Shown one piece after another: positions 45,606-55,201 of a stretch of DNA of 55,201 nt. Within the stretch, counting starts at the first letter, position 1. Every line of letters begins with the position of its first letter. A program made the translations under genes and the position numbers. The notes beneath the pieces are model-generated. The model made no database searches. It was not told the DNA's origin and worked only from the letters and a program-made list of their open reading frames with translations. Source of the DNA: Marinilabiliales bacterium (GTDB lineage Bacteria > Bacteroidota > Bacteroidia > Bacteroidales > DTU049); assembly GCA_002869435.1 (NCBI GenBank), contig PKSX01000200.1, forward strand, positions 1 to 55,201. The letters are read 5' to 3'.

Positions 45606-47186
45606 ATGAGCATGAAAAAATCACTTGTTGTTTTGAGTATAATATTGCTGTCTGTTTCGTCAATAGCACAGCAAATTACATTAAATCAGCTCACCGGAGT
45701 TGAAAACAAAAATGCAGTTCCGGTAAGAAACGTGAATGCAATTGTTCAGGTATTGGATTCAACCATAGACTATGTTTATAATAGTGGATGGGAATTTACC
45801 GAAAAGGAAATTACTACTGTTCGTCACTGGGAAAGCGGTTTTCCGTATGAAAAAATCGCATATTTTTATGATGCTGGCGTCTGGAATGAATTTATCAAAT
45901 ATCACCTGGAATGGTATGACAGTGTGATGTATAAAATGTATACTGTTTTACCATGGAATTCTTTTTTGCTTGACTGGGGAAACGATACAATAATGCATTA
46001 TTGTTTTACAAATTATGAAAGCACACAGCTTGGGATGATGTATAATGATATCAGCTTCATGATGGCATATGATTTCAATACAAATCAGCTTACAGGTGGC
46101 GGGAAAATAATTCCGGTAATGTATAACGACACTTTATATGAAAAGTATTATGTTTATGATTATAACGATGCAAGTGGTATTTGGGAGCCCGGAGCAAAAT
46201 ATCAGTTTACATATACTACCGAAGGCCTTGTTCAAACTTTATTACATCAGGATTACAATAGTGCAACATCGTTATATGAAAATGTAGATCACAAATTTTT
46301 TGCATATTCTGGAACCGACAAGCTTATTGAGGTCAACCAAAACTGGATTACGGACCATTGGGAAAATGATTCAAAAATTGAGTATACATACAATGCCAGT
46401 AATCAAAACGAATATAAAATATCTTATACATGGGACAATGTAAATGATGAATGGGATATAGTTGATCGCCATGTGTATACATATTCGGGAAATGATTTGA
46501 CTATTGACGCATATCAGGTTTATAATGGTTCATCGTATAATAATTCTTATCGCCTTGTGTATACATATGATGGTAATGGAAATGTTCTAACGCGCAGGCA
46601 GGATTTGTATCCGGGCTCTTGGGAGTACAATTCACTTCTTGAATATACTTATAACTCAAACAATGACAGACTTACTTTAAAGTCAAGTAATTGGATTGGA
46701 GGGGCCTGGGTGAATTCATATTTGTACACATATACTTATAATTCAAATTTTGATCTTACAGAACAGTTATATCAAACCTGGAGTGGCAGTGCCTGGGTAA
46801 ATGTTGACAAGTATGAAAACACTTATGATGCCTATTATAATAGAACCGAACATGTATTTTCTACCTGGAGTGGCAGTGCCTGGGAATATGATAATAAAAC
46901 AGAGTATTACTGGTCACAATACGATGCCAATGGAATAAGCGAGTTATTCAATAGTTCTATGAATGTGTTTCCCAATCCAAGTAGTGGTTTGATTAATATT
47001 GATCAGGTTGATGACCATTTCAATATGCTTTCTGTATATGATGAAAGCGGTAAAATAGTCATGACAAAAGAGATTAATGGTCATCATGAAATGATCAACC
47101 TGAAACAATTTGGAACAGGTATTTTCATAATTACTCTCAGTAACGAGTTTGGTGAGTCTGAGTCAAGGAAACTGATGGTGTATTAG
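45606..47186 (+). CDS. T9SS-sorted secreted repeat protein
   Basis: Signal peptide MSMKKSLVVLSIILLSVSSIAQ (alternative ATG at 45612). Many modules of the type Y.Y......L......W.G..W.N......YTY. C-terminal sorting domain NVFPNPSSGLINID...GIFIITLSNEFGESESRKLMVY. The ORF-track start at 45495 is unlikely. Confidence 0.8.
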   Translation: MSMKKSLVVLSIILLSVSSIAQQITLNQLTGVENKNAVPVRNVNAIVQVLDSTIDYVYNSGWEFTEKEITTVRHWESGFPYEKIAYFYDAGVWNEFIKYHLEWYDSVMYKMYTVLPWNSFLLDWGNDTIMHYCFTNYESTQLGMMYNDISFMMAYDFNTNQLTGGGKIIPVMYNDTLYEKYYVYDYNDASGIWEPGAKYQFTYTTEGLVQTLLHQDYNSATSLYENVDHKFFAYSGTDKLIEVNQNWITDHWENDSKIEYTYNASNQNEYKISYTWDNVNDEWDIVDRHVYTYSGNDLTIDAYQVYNGSSYNNSYRLVYTYDGNGNVLTRRQDLYPGSWEYNSLLEYTYNSNNDRLTLKSSNWIGGAWVNSYLYTYTYNSNFDLTEQLYQTWSGSAWVNVDKYENTYDAYYNRTEHVFSTWSGSAWEYDNKTEYYWSQYDANGISELFNSSMNVFPNPSSGLINIDQVDDHFNMLSVYDESGKIVMTKEINGHHEMINLKQFGTGIFIITLSNEFGESESRKLMVY

Positions 47187-47230
47187 ATGAATAATTGAAC
47201 TTTAAAAAGCTCAGGTTAAAATAATTGTTT

Positions 47231-47788
47231 TTACAAAAAGTCTATTATAGCCTGTTCGGCTTCATGTATAGCTTCTTCAAGGTCATCGTTAATTATAACG
47301 GAGTCAAATTTTGATTCAAAACTCATTTCGAATCCTGCTCGTTCAAGACGTTTTTGAATAGATTCTTCAGTTTCGGTTTTGCGATCTCTGAGTCTTTGCT
47401 CCAGTGCTTTCATCGAAGGTGCCTTAATAAAGACAGACAGTGCCTTATCTCCAAGTATTTCTTTGAGCCGAACTCCGCCTTTAACGTCTACGTCGAACAT
47501 AATAGCCATGCCTTCATCCCATATTCTGCGACACTCAGATTTTAAGGTGCCGTAATAGACATTTTCATACACTTCTTCCCATTCGAGAAAATCTCCGGCA
47601 TCGATTTTTGCCCGGAACTCTTCGGCCGTCAAAAAGAAATAATCTTCTCCGTCTCTTTCATGCTTCCGCGGCTCTCTGCTGGTTGCCGATATACTGAAAC
47701 CCAAGGGTAACCCCAGTTTCATCAGGCGATGTACAATAGTTGTTTTTCCGGAGGCGCTGGGTGCTGAAAAGATAATTGCCTTTTCCAT
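47231..47788 (-). CDS. gmk: Guanylate kinase
   Basis: P-loop IIFSAPSASGKTT, and SATSREPRKHERDGEDYFF. Confidence 0.9.
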   Translation of the reverse strand: MEKAIIFSAPSASGKTTIVHRLMKLGLPLGFSISATSREPRKHERDGEDYFFLTAEEFRAKIDAGDFLEWEEVYENVYYGTLKSECRRIWDEGMAIMFDVDVKGGVRLKEILGDKALSVFIKAPSMKALEQRLRDRKTETEESIQKRLERAGFEMSFESKFDSVIINDDLEEAIHEAEQAIIDFL

Positions 47789-48669
47789 TACAGAATGTTT
47801 AAAACCTGTTCTTTGATCTTTTCCAATTCATCTTTCATTTCCACCACAAGTTTTTGAATTTCAAAATGCGCCGCCTTATTACCCAGGGTGTTTATTTCCC
47901 GGCCCATTTCCTGTGCAATGAAACTCAGTTTTTTCCCGGTTCCATCGCTGTTGGCTTCTTTTATTGTTTGATTAAAGTACTGAATATGTTGCGCCAGCCT
48001 TACTTTTTCTTCGGTAATATCTGCTTTTTCAAGGTAATATACCATTTCTTCTTCGAAACGTGCAGGATTATAGTCTTGATTCTGAGGGAGTTTTTCCAGT
48101 TCTTTTACAATTTTATTTCGCTGGTATTCAATACGTTCTTTTTCATATTCCGGAATATGAGATAACTTTTGTTCAATGATAGTAGCGTGATTAATGAGGG
48201 TTTTTTCAAGGGCGGCACCTTCTTTTTTTCGAAAATCCATACACTCATTTACAGCAGTTAAAGTACAGTCTTTCAATACAAACCACTCCTCTTCATTTAG
48301 TTCATCTGATGATGGAATAACCACGTCCGGCATTTTCAAAACAAGGCCAAGCAAGTCATCGTTTGATTTCATACTCATCTTTTCACTAAGGTTTTTCAAC
48401 TCTGAATGATAATGAAGTGCTTTTTGGTGATCGATGGTAAAATTACCGTTTCCTTCTATGGTTTCGGCATTAATCAGGACGTCTATTTTTCCCCTTTTCA
48501 GAATATTACAGGCTAGTTGTCGAATTTCCTGTTCTTTCTCACGATATCGCTGAGGTAATTTAATGTTCTGGTCACATTGTTTGCTATTCAGTGTGCGCAC
48601 CTGAACAGTAATGAGAACATCATTTCCTTCCTTTTGTGATTTGCCGTATCCGGTCATTGAAAATAACAT
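47788..48669 (-). CDS. yicC: YicC/YloC family stress-induced protein
   Basis: MLFSMTGYGKS start at 48669 and C-terminal FIAQEMGREINTLGNKA. Its stop overlaps the gmk start by 1 nt (TAATG). Confidence 0.85.
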   Translation of the reverse strand: MLFSMTGYGKSQKEGNDVLITVQVRTLNSKQCDQNIKLPQRYREKEQEIRQLACNILKRGKIDVLINAETIEGNGNFTIDHQKALHYHSELKNLSEKMSMKSNDDLLGLVLKMPDVVIPSSDELNEEEWFVLKDCTLTAVNECMDFRKKEGAALEKTLINHATIIEQKLSHIPEYEKERIEYQRNKIVKELEKLPQNQDYNPARFEEEMVYYLEKADITEEKVRLAQHIQYFNQTIKEANSDGTGKKLSFIAQEMGREINTLGNKAAHFEIQKLVVEMKDELEKIKEQVLNIL

Positions 48670-48771
48670 AGGCCTGAAATTTTTGTAAAAGTAAAAAATT
48701 AGCACAAATAAGCTGCATTATCCTATAGAGTTTTATCTGCGACACATGGCAAAACCCGTAGCTTCTGTTAA

Positions 48772-48802
48772 TAAAAAAAGCCCCGCATTTCTGCAGGGCT
48801 TT
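48772..48802 (-). terminator. Rho-independent terminator after the S46 peptidase gene
   Basis: The - strand reads AAAGCCCTGCA-GAAA-TGCGGGGCTTT with one G-U pair, followed by a T-run. Confidence 0.7.
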
Positions 48803-48822
48803 CTGGTAATATTTCGAAGCTT

Positions 48823-51045
48823 TTATTCTTCCGTTTTATTGAGAGTCATTTCGTCGATAAGGTTTTGTGCTCCTGCAAACTTATCAATAACAAAAAGTAC
48901 ATAGCGAATATCAACAGAAATGGTTCTTTGAACACTGGGTTCAAAGTCAATGTCACCACTCATGCTTTCCCAGTTTCCGTCAAAAGCAATACCAATAAGT
49001 TCGCCTTTACCATTGATTACCGGACTGCCTGAGTTCCCACCGGTTATATCATTATCTGAAAGGAAACAGGTATAAAGAACGCCGTCTTCAGCATAAGGGC
49101 CAAAGTCTTTTTTGGCATAAAGTTCTTTAAGTTTAGGTTCAACAATAAACTCGTCAACTTTAGGGTCTTCTTTTTCCATTACACCACCAAGTGTTGTGCG
49201 AAAATCATAATGAACTGCATCGGCAGGATAATAATCCTGAATGGTTCCGTAAGTCAGACGTATTGTACTGTTAGCATCGGGATAAAAATTACGCTCAGGT
49301 TGCATTTCACGAAGACCGGCAACAAAGAGACGGCTTCCGTTATTGATTTGATCTTCAACAGTTGAAATATTTCCATATACATCGCGTATAGCATCAACCA
49401 TGCTAAGTGTGATTTGCCAACCCGGATCTTCAGCTAAAACATCATATTCAGGATTGGCCAGAAAAGCACGAAGTTTTTCTTCATTTACAAAAATGCTCTC
49501 TTCAAAAACATATTCTCCCCATGCCTGAAAACTGCCTTTGAATTTTTTACCCTGAACCTCTGCAAATACAGATGGATGTTGTTCCTGAGGGATATCATTG
49601 TAATACATTTCCATTAAAGCGATAAAGAGATCTTTATCTACCATGGCGTTATAATCTTTAAAATGACCCTCGAGATCAGCATCAAAAACAGAGGCCAAAC
49701 CCTTAATACTGGCATCATATTTCTCTTTATCTTTTTTACCGGCCTCATCTTGTGCTTTAAGTGTTCCATAAAGCTGATATGCACCAAATGAGAAATAGAT
49801 GAATTCAGGACCCTGAAAAACTGCTTCTTCAAGATATTTCAAAGAGAGATTAAATTTAGCAAGTTGTTTATAGCCGGCAGCAATTTCGTCAATACATCCA
49901 TCATATTTTGCTTTACGCTTTTCATCCTTATTGACCCAAGCTACAAATTCGTCTTCAAGAGCTTTGCGTTCTTCATATACTTTCCAGCGCTTAAGACCTT
50001 TGCTTTGTCCAATGAAATACTTCCAGTAATTAGCAGTTTGAGCATATTTGGATGCATACTGCAATTTAATTTTTGGATCAGCATTCATGTACGAGCGGAT
50101 AATATCGAGTTTTTTATCTCTGATTTTTACAACGGCCGGGTTGCTTTCATCTAGCGCCAGCTCTACACCATGTGAAGTAAGATAGCGTGTAGTTGTTCCC
50201 GGGAAGCCCATAATCATTGAGAAATCTCCTTTATGAACACCATCAAGAGAGATGGGGAAATAATATTTGGGTTTCAGAGGGATATTATCTTCGCTGTACT
50301 CAGCAGGAGATCCGTCAGGGGCAGTGTAAATTCTGAACATGCTAAAATCGCCTGTATGACGAGGCCACATCCAGTTGTCGGTGTCACCACCAAATTTTCC
50401 TATGCTTGATGGAGGAGCCCCTACCAAACGAATGTCTTTGTATGTGACATACACAAAGAGATAAAACTCGTTATTGTCAAAGAAATCTTTAACAACTACA
50501 TCGTATTTACCTTTTTCTGCTGCGTCTCTTTCAATTTTCTTTTTGGCTGCAGAAATGGCTTCCTGGCGCTCGCCATAGCTCATTTCATCAGTTACGTTTT
50601 CTAGTACTTTGTCCGTAACATCGTCCATGCGAACCAGAATAGACATGCTAAGATCTTCGTTGGGAAGTTCTTCGTCCATGCTTTTTGCCCAAAATCCATT
50701 AGTCAGATAATCGTGGTCCAGCGTACTGTGTTGTTGGATAATATCGAATCCGCAATGGTGGTTGGTAAGAACCAAACCCTGTTCGCTGATAATTTCTCCT
50801 GTACAGAAAAACCCCTCTGGAACCATCATGCTGTTTCCCAGGCCAACCACAGCGTCTTTCATACTGCTGTTATTGATACTGTAAATTTCTTCGGCTGTTA
50901 ATTGGAGGCCTTTTTCTTTCATGGCCTCGTAATTTTTCTCACCAAGGAACATCAAAAGCCACATTCCCTCGTCTGGGGGAGTTGTAGCAAGCATTCCTTT
51001 AACCAAAATACCCAGTAGTGTTAAAAATGCGAGTGTTCTTTTCAT
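48823..51045 (-). CDS. S46 family dipeptidyl-peptidase (DPP7/DPP11-like)
   Basis: Signal peptide followed by PDEGMWL. Also contains LTNHHC, and catalytic Ser context GGNSGSPVINGKGELIGIAFDGN. Confidence 0.85.
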   Translation of the reverse strand: MKRTLAFLTLLGILVKGMLATTPPDEGMWLLMFLGEKNYEAMKEKGLQLTAEEIYSINNSSMKDAVVGLGNSMMVPEGFFCTGEIISEQGLVLTNHHCGFDIIQQHSTLDHDYLTNGFWAKSMDEELPNEDLSMSILVRMDDVTDKVLENVTDEMSYGERQEAISAAKKKIERDAAEKGKYDVVVKDFFDNNEFYLFVYVTYKDIRLVGAPPSSIGKFGGDTDNWMWPRHTGDFSMFRIYTAPDGSPAEYSEDNIPLKPKYYFPISLDGVHKGDFSMIMGFPGTTTRYLTSHGVELALDESNPAVVKIRDKKLDIIRSYMNADPKIKLQYASKYAQTANYWKYFIGQSKGLKRWKVYEERKALEDEFVAWVNKDEKRKAKYDGCIDEIAAGYKQLAKFNLSLKYLEEAVFQGPEFIYFSFGAYQLYGTLKAQDEAGKKDKEKYDASIKGLASVFDADLEGHFKDYNAMVDKDLFIALMEMYYNDIPQEQHPSVFAEVQGKKFKGSFQAWGEYVFEESIFVNEEKLRAFLANPEYDVLAEDPGWQITLSMVDAIRDVYGNISTVEDQINNGSRLFVAGLREMQPERNFYPDANSTIRLTYGTIQDYYPADAVHYDFRTTLGGVMEKEDPKVDEFIVEPKLKELYAKKDFGPYAEDGVLYTCFLSDNDITGGNSGSPVINGKGELIGIAFDGNWESMSGDIDFEPSVQRTISVDIRYVLFVIDKFAGAQNLIDEMTLNKTEE

Positions 51046-51093
51046 ATCAGTTTTTATTTCAGATTATTTGCGGTTTAATTTCAATTTGAAGCA

Positions 51094-51101
51094 CAAAAGT
51101 A
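51094..51101 (-). promoter_or_regulatory. -7 box TACTTTTG upstream of the S46 peptidase gene
   Basis: The - strand reads TACTTTTG, 49 nt upstream of the ATG at 51045. Confidence 0.25.
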
Positions 51102-51215
51102 GAATTTACTATTTAAATCAATGTGTTCTTGAAATATATTCTTTGTACTGAATTCAGGAATCTGTAAAGGTAATATTGTCATACATGGATTTAATTTCAT
51201 CTTTTGGCGAAAAAT

Positions 51216-51974
51216 CTACATTTGTTTTGGATTAATGAGCTTAAGTTTCTCAAGCAATTCAAAAAATGCCTTACGGAAACTATCGCCAATGGGCAACCTT
51301 TCATTAAGAACTACCACATGTGACTTCTCAATGCTTTGAATTTTCGAGAGATTGATGATATATGATTTGTGTATGCGGCAAAACTGATCGTCGGGCAGCA
51401 TACTCAGCATATTTTTAAAATTAGTAAGTGTCATAATTCGAACATCAGGACACACAATACGAAGATAGTCTTTCATGCCTTCGATATAATGAATCTCGTT
51501 AAACATGACTTTTTGCATACGGTATTCGGTCTTTACAAAAATGAATTCATGTTTTGCATGATCGGGCGCGGCTACAACAGTAATGTCATTTTCTTTTCCT
51601 TCTATTTCAGCATGCTTATCGGCAACGCGGTTCACAGATTGAAGAAAACGATCAAATGAAATGGGTTTTACCAAATAATCACTTACTTCCAGCTCGTAAC
51701 CTTTAAGAGCGTATTCGCCATAGGCAGAAGTAATGATAACATAGGGTTTGTTTTTCAGTATTTCCAGCAATTGAATACCTGTAAGGTCATCCATTTGAAT
51801 ATCGAGAAACAATAAATCCACAGTATTCTTTTTCAGATAATCCAGAGCAGATATTCCATTGTCAAATGATTGTTTTAATTCCAGAAAAGGAACCTTGGCG
51901 ATGTATCCTTCAAGCTTTTGAATGGCCAGAGGCTCGTCATCAACAACAACACATGATATTCTTAGTGGATGCAT
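51216..51974 (-). CDS. LytTR-family response regulator
   Basis: Receiver domain (CVVVDDEPLA, LLFLDIQMDDLTG, VKPI) plus LytTR (FCRIHKSYIINLSKI). Confidence 0.85.
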   Translation of the reverse strand: MHPLRISCVVVDDEPLAIQKLEGYIAKVPFLELKQSFDNGISALDYLKKNTVDLLFLDIQMDDLTGIQLLEILKNKPYVIITSAYGEYALKGYELEVSDYLVKPISFDRFLQSVNRVADKHAEIEGKENDITVVAAPDHAKHEFIFVKTEYRMQKVMFNEIHYIEGMKDYLRIVCPDVRIMTLTNFKNMLSMLPDDQFCRIHKSYIINLSKIQSIEKSHVVVLNERLPIGDSFRKAFFELLEKLKLINPKQM

Positions 51975-53002
51975 AGGCGTACTTTATATTCTTTATCATC
52001 AACAACAGATACCTCAAGAGTATGTCTGTCGGGATACAACAAATCAAGGCGACGGCGAAGATTAACCATTCCTATTCCCCCGGCATTATCTTTATTAATG
52101 CTAACATCGCTTAACTTATTTCTCACTTCAAAACAAATTTTTTCTTCACTCGATTCAAGTTTGATGATAATACCGGGATGTTCTACTTTTTTATCCCCGT
52201 GCTTAATGGCGTTCTCTACCAGAGGAATAAACAACATTGGTGCCACCAGAGATTCTTTTCGCATTTGATGAAAATCAAATTTAAAAAATGTATTTCCAAG
52301 TCTTAGTTCATGCAGAGATATGAAGTTTTTTAAATAATTAATTTCTTTCTCAAGGGGTACATAGTCCGCAGTAGCTTCATACAAGACATATCGCATAATT
52401 TCACTGAGTCTCATAATACTTTCTGATGCTTTTCCGGGCTCAATGGCTATAAGAGAATCAATATTATTTAGCGTGTTGAAGATGAAATGAGGATTGATCT
52501 GGTTTTTCAATAAAGCCAGCTCACTCACTAAGTTTTGATTTTGAAGAAAATTGCGATGTTGCTGCTCCTTTACCCATTGTTTTAATAGTTTAATGGCTGC
52601 GGCAAATAATGCAATGCTTAATGATGAAATTGTAAAGTAGAAGTAGTTGAATTGCCAGAAAGTATATTTTTCGAGAAGATCCGGATGATAAATTGGCAGA
52701 TAAATATGATAGTTTATCAGCTGGTTTGTTATTGGTGTTATAACAGTTAGAATAATAAAGAACAAAGTGAAAAACAAATATTGCTTTCTAAATAGCATCG
52801 GCAGCAATGCATAAATAAGTACATATGTAATTACAATATCAACCGGTAAAAAATAGAGGGTTCTTTTAAGCAGATCCCAAAAAGTGAGCTCAACAGGAAT
52901 ACTTACTATCAGGGAGTAAACCGACATATATAAAACCCAAAACAGCACGTGGGCAAAAATCTGCTGGCCTTTGTTTTTATATCCCTGAATAAGAAATTTC
53001 AT
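51962..53002 (-). CDS. LytS/YehU-type membrane sensor histidine kinase
   Basis: N-terminal TM bundle. H-box NPHFIFNTLNNI. Intact N-box PLVENAIKHG and G-box NAGGIGMVNLRRRLDLLY. Overlaps the regulator gene by 13 nt. Confidence 0.85.
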   Translation of the reverse strand: MKFLIQGYKNKGQQIFAHVLFWVLYMSVYSLIVSIPVELTFWDLLKRTLYFLPVDIVITYVLIYALLPMLFRKQYLFFTLFFIILTVITPITNQLINYHIYLPIYHPDLLEKYTFWQFNYFYFTISSLSIALFAAAIKLLKQWVKEQQHRNFLQNQNLVSELALLKNQINPHFIFNTLNNIDSLIAIEPGKASESIMRLSEIMRYVLYEATADYVPLEKEINYLKNFISLHELRLGNTFFKFDFHQMRKESLVAPMLFIPLVENAIKHGDKKVEHPGIIIKLESSEEKICFEVRNKLSDVSINKDNAGGIGMVNLRRRLDLLYPDRHTLEVSVVDDKEYKVRLCIH

Positions 53003-53216
53003 TTGATCTGTGTTTATACTGCGAATATCGTAAAGATTCTAAGAAAAGAAAAATTATTTCTACAAAACGCCTGAAATGCTCTATTATCGCACCAGCTATA
53101 ACATTTAACACTGTTTTTAACGAAAAAGGGTGTTGGTAGAGAAACAAAGACTATTAATATATCTTGTTTGCAATCGCTCATTTATCATTACATCTTTGTT
53201 GCATAAATCGAATAGC

Positions 53217-55201
53217 ATGATCAGAAAAGTAATCATATTAATTGCTGTAAGCCTGATAGGATTTGGTGCTAAAGCCAACGAAAATCCTGTTCGCGCCTTT
53301 ATTAAAGGTGTAGTTACCGACAGCATAAGTGGTGCGCCCATTGAATACGCCAATGTGAGCATTTTTTCATTGCCTGATTCCACACTGGCAGGAGGATCAA
53401 TTACCGATAGTACCGGTCAGTTTGTAATAAGCAGCCTTAGAAAAGGTAATTATTTTATTAAAATCTCATTTGTCGGATACGGTTCAATGATGATTGAAAA
53501 CATTAAAATAAACTCAAATAATGAGTTTAAAGATCTTGGTGTCATTAAAATATCGCAGTCCAGCCTTGGAATAGACGGTGTGGAAATTGTTGCTGAGAAA
53601 AACCCGATTGAATATCACATAGATAAACAGGTTATTAACGCAGAGGCTTTGCAGAATGCTGCGACTGGTACCGTGATCGATATATTGAAAAACAGTCCTT
53701 CTGTTACTGTTGATAACGATGATAACGTAATGTTGCGAGGAAGCACAGGGTTTGTTTTATTAATCGACGGAAAACCAACCGTGCTTGATGCAAAAGATGC
53801 CATGCGTCAGATTCCGGCCTCCATGGTAGATCAGGTCGAAATCATTACCAATCCTTCTGCTAAATATGATGCGGAAGGAACAGCGGGTATAATTAATATA
53901 ATATTGAAAAAGCAAAAAGACAATGGATTCTCTGCCCTTGTTAATGCTCGTGCTGATAATCAGGGCGGTTGGGGCGCTGATGCATCGTTTACCATTAATA
54001 GAAATAAATGGTCCATCAACGGAATGCTGAACCATAATTTAATGCAACGCAAACCCAACAGCGAGAATGAGCGCGAAATCATTTATGCTGCCGATTCAAT
54101 TTCAAGTCTTTATTGGGACGCAGCCCGTGAAATGGAGAACACAAACTCGTCTTTTCGCCTTGGCGTTGATTATAAGATAAGCGACAAAGACGTAATTAGT
54201 ATTGGTGGTGAAATTGGAAAAAACAAATGGCAAATGGGCATGTTGAGCGATTATACCGAAACCTCTCCCGGTGGAGATTTAAGCTATTATACTACTGATT
54301 ATCTTGCGTCAGTGCCCGGAACCTTTTATAACGGTACATTTTCATATACTCACGAATTTGATACATCTGCCAGTAAGCTTGAAATTACAGGTTTCGGTAT
54401 GATTTGGGACGGTGATATCAGCCATAAAAGCTACCAATATAATTCAAACTCAGAATTTGAAATTCAGGATATGACACAAGGCTCAAGATTCAGCGAAGAT
54501 GCTTTTCTGAGTGAATACAGGCTTAATGTCGATTATTCCGATATACTTTTCAAGAAATTCAAGCTTGAAACCGGTTATCAGTTTACCTATAGACCCTACA
54601 CTGCATATTTTGATGCAAAAACATACAATGCCGGAAACTGGGAAATGGATTCGCTCTACAGTACTGATCAGGAATTTACGCAAACCAAGCATGCCGGTTA
54701 TTTTATGCTAAGCGGAAATATTAAAAAGTTTGATGTACAACTCGGGCTTCGTGCCGAAGACTTCTACAGCGAATTCATTCTCGATTCCGACAATTACGAA
54801 GACATTACACAGGATTATCTGTACTGGTTTCCATCCATTCACATTAGCAAACGTATGAAAAACATGAGCCAATGGATGTTATCTTACTCACGTCGGATTA
54901 ATTATCCTCAAGACTGGATGTTGGGCCCCACACCTATGTACAGTGATGCATTTTTGTATCAGGAAGGAAATGCAAATCTGTTGCCCGAGCTTATTGATTC
55001 ATACGAACTTTCGCATATTCGTTTCATCGCCAAAAAACATATGCTGAGTATGACCGGATTTTTCCGTCAGGTGAATGATGAAATTGCCCGCACCATGTAC
55101 GTAAATGATCAAGGTATTCTCACTGTTGGTTGGGATAACCTGGCAATTAACCGTTCATACGGATTTGAATTGGGATCAAATCTGAACATAAGCAAAATGC
55201 T
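53217..55201 (+). CDS. TonB-dependent receptor / outer-membrane beta-barrel protein with an N-terminal carboxypeptidase-regulatory-like domain, 3'-truncated by the window edge
   Basis: Own translation from the ATG at 53217: MIRKVIILIAVSLIGFGAKA, IKGVVTDSISGAPIEYANVSIF...GNYFIKISFVGYGS, and plug-like GTVIDILKNSPSVTVDNDDNVMLRGSTGFVLLIDGKPT. The frame is open to base 55201. It is not in the ORF track because it has no stop in the window. Confidence 0.8.
   Translation, partial: MIRKVIILIAVSLIGFGAKANENPVRAFIKGVVTDSISGAPIEYANVSIFSLPDSTLAGGSITDSTGQFVISSLRKGNYFIKISFVGYGSMMIENIKINSNNEFKDLGVIKISQSSLGIDGVEIVAEKNPIEYHIDKQVINAEALQNAATGTVIDILKNSPSVTVDNDDNVMLRGSTGFVLLIDGKPTVLDAKDAMRQIPASMVDQVEIITNPSAKYDAEGTAGIINIILKKQKDNGFSALVNARADNQGGWGADASFTINRNKWSINGMLNHNLMQRKPNSENEREIIYAADSISSLYWDAAREMENTNSSFRLGVDYKISDKDVISIGGEIGKNKWQMGMLSDYTETSPGGDLSYYTTDYLASVPGTFYNGTFSYTHEFDTSASKLEITGFGMIWDGDISHKSYQYNSNSEFEIQDMTQGSRFSEDAFLSEYRLNVDYSDILFKKFKLETGYQFTYRPYTAYFDAKTYNAGNWEMDSLYSTDQEFTQTKHAGYFMLSGNIKKFDVQLGLRAEDFYSEFILDSDNYEDITQDYLYWFPSIHISKRMKNMSQWMLSYSRRINYPQDWMLGPTPMYSDAFLYQEGNANLLPELIDSYELSHIRFIAKKHMLSMTGFFRQVNDEIARTMYVNDQGILTVGWDNLAINRSYGFELGSNLNISKM

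Noticed and set aside
1-55201. CRISPR arrays, transposases, integrases, phage genes, tRNA/rRNA genes, and toxin-antitoxin or known defence systems
   Set aside because: No spaced direct-repeat array, no recombinase or transposase-like translation in any long ORF, and no tRNA-like GC-rich cloverleaf candidates in the spacers. The window reads as core chromosome.

Overview
This 55.2-kb window is low-GC (mid-30s % by eye) and reads as ordinary, densely packed core chromosome of a Bacteroidota-type bacterium. Supporting signs are T9SS C-terminal sorting domains, a DUF4270-glmS pair, TAnnTTTG -7 boxes about 19 nt upstream of start codons, and no Shine-Dalgarno sequences. I count about 45 protein genes. 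Housekeeping genes are folK, crcB, mnmG, ybeY, rluB, nadA, rpiB, rhlE, glmS, glyQS, gmk and yicC. There are many secreted or envelope proteins and peptidases (M23, SppA, M28, S41, S46), two LytTR-type two-component pairs, and a TonB-dependent receptor at the right edge. I saw no rRNA, tRNA, CRISPR array, transposase, integrase or phage genes. Four coding regions are missing from the supplied ORF track: two edge-truncated CDSs (1..2594 on the - strand, 53217..55201 on the + strand), a 59-aa winged-helix gene (43322..43501), and a frameshifted small secreted-protein gene (13952..14180). I did not find a convincing new multi-gene system. The strongest sequence-level anomalies are: (1) mnmG is broken by one in-frame TAA at a conserved Glu codon; (2) about 1 kb away, a small signal-peptide gene is split at an A7 homopolymer; (3) a 540-bp very AT-rich nadA/rpiB divergent region carries a dense array of TAATAAAG half-sites, including a perfect 16-nt palindrome; (4) a four-PAS cytoplasmic histidine kinase has an ATP-binding domain that looks degenerate; (5) a tightly coupled operon of unknown function combines a 1107-aa membrane-anchored coiled-coil protein with a partner-less RsbW-like ATPase; (6) crcB is preceded by 9-nt periodic repeats where a fluoride riboswitch might be expected. 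All family names come from reading motifs by eye and none was checked against a database.
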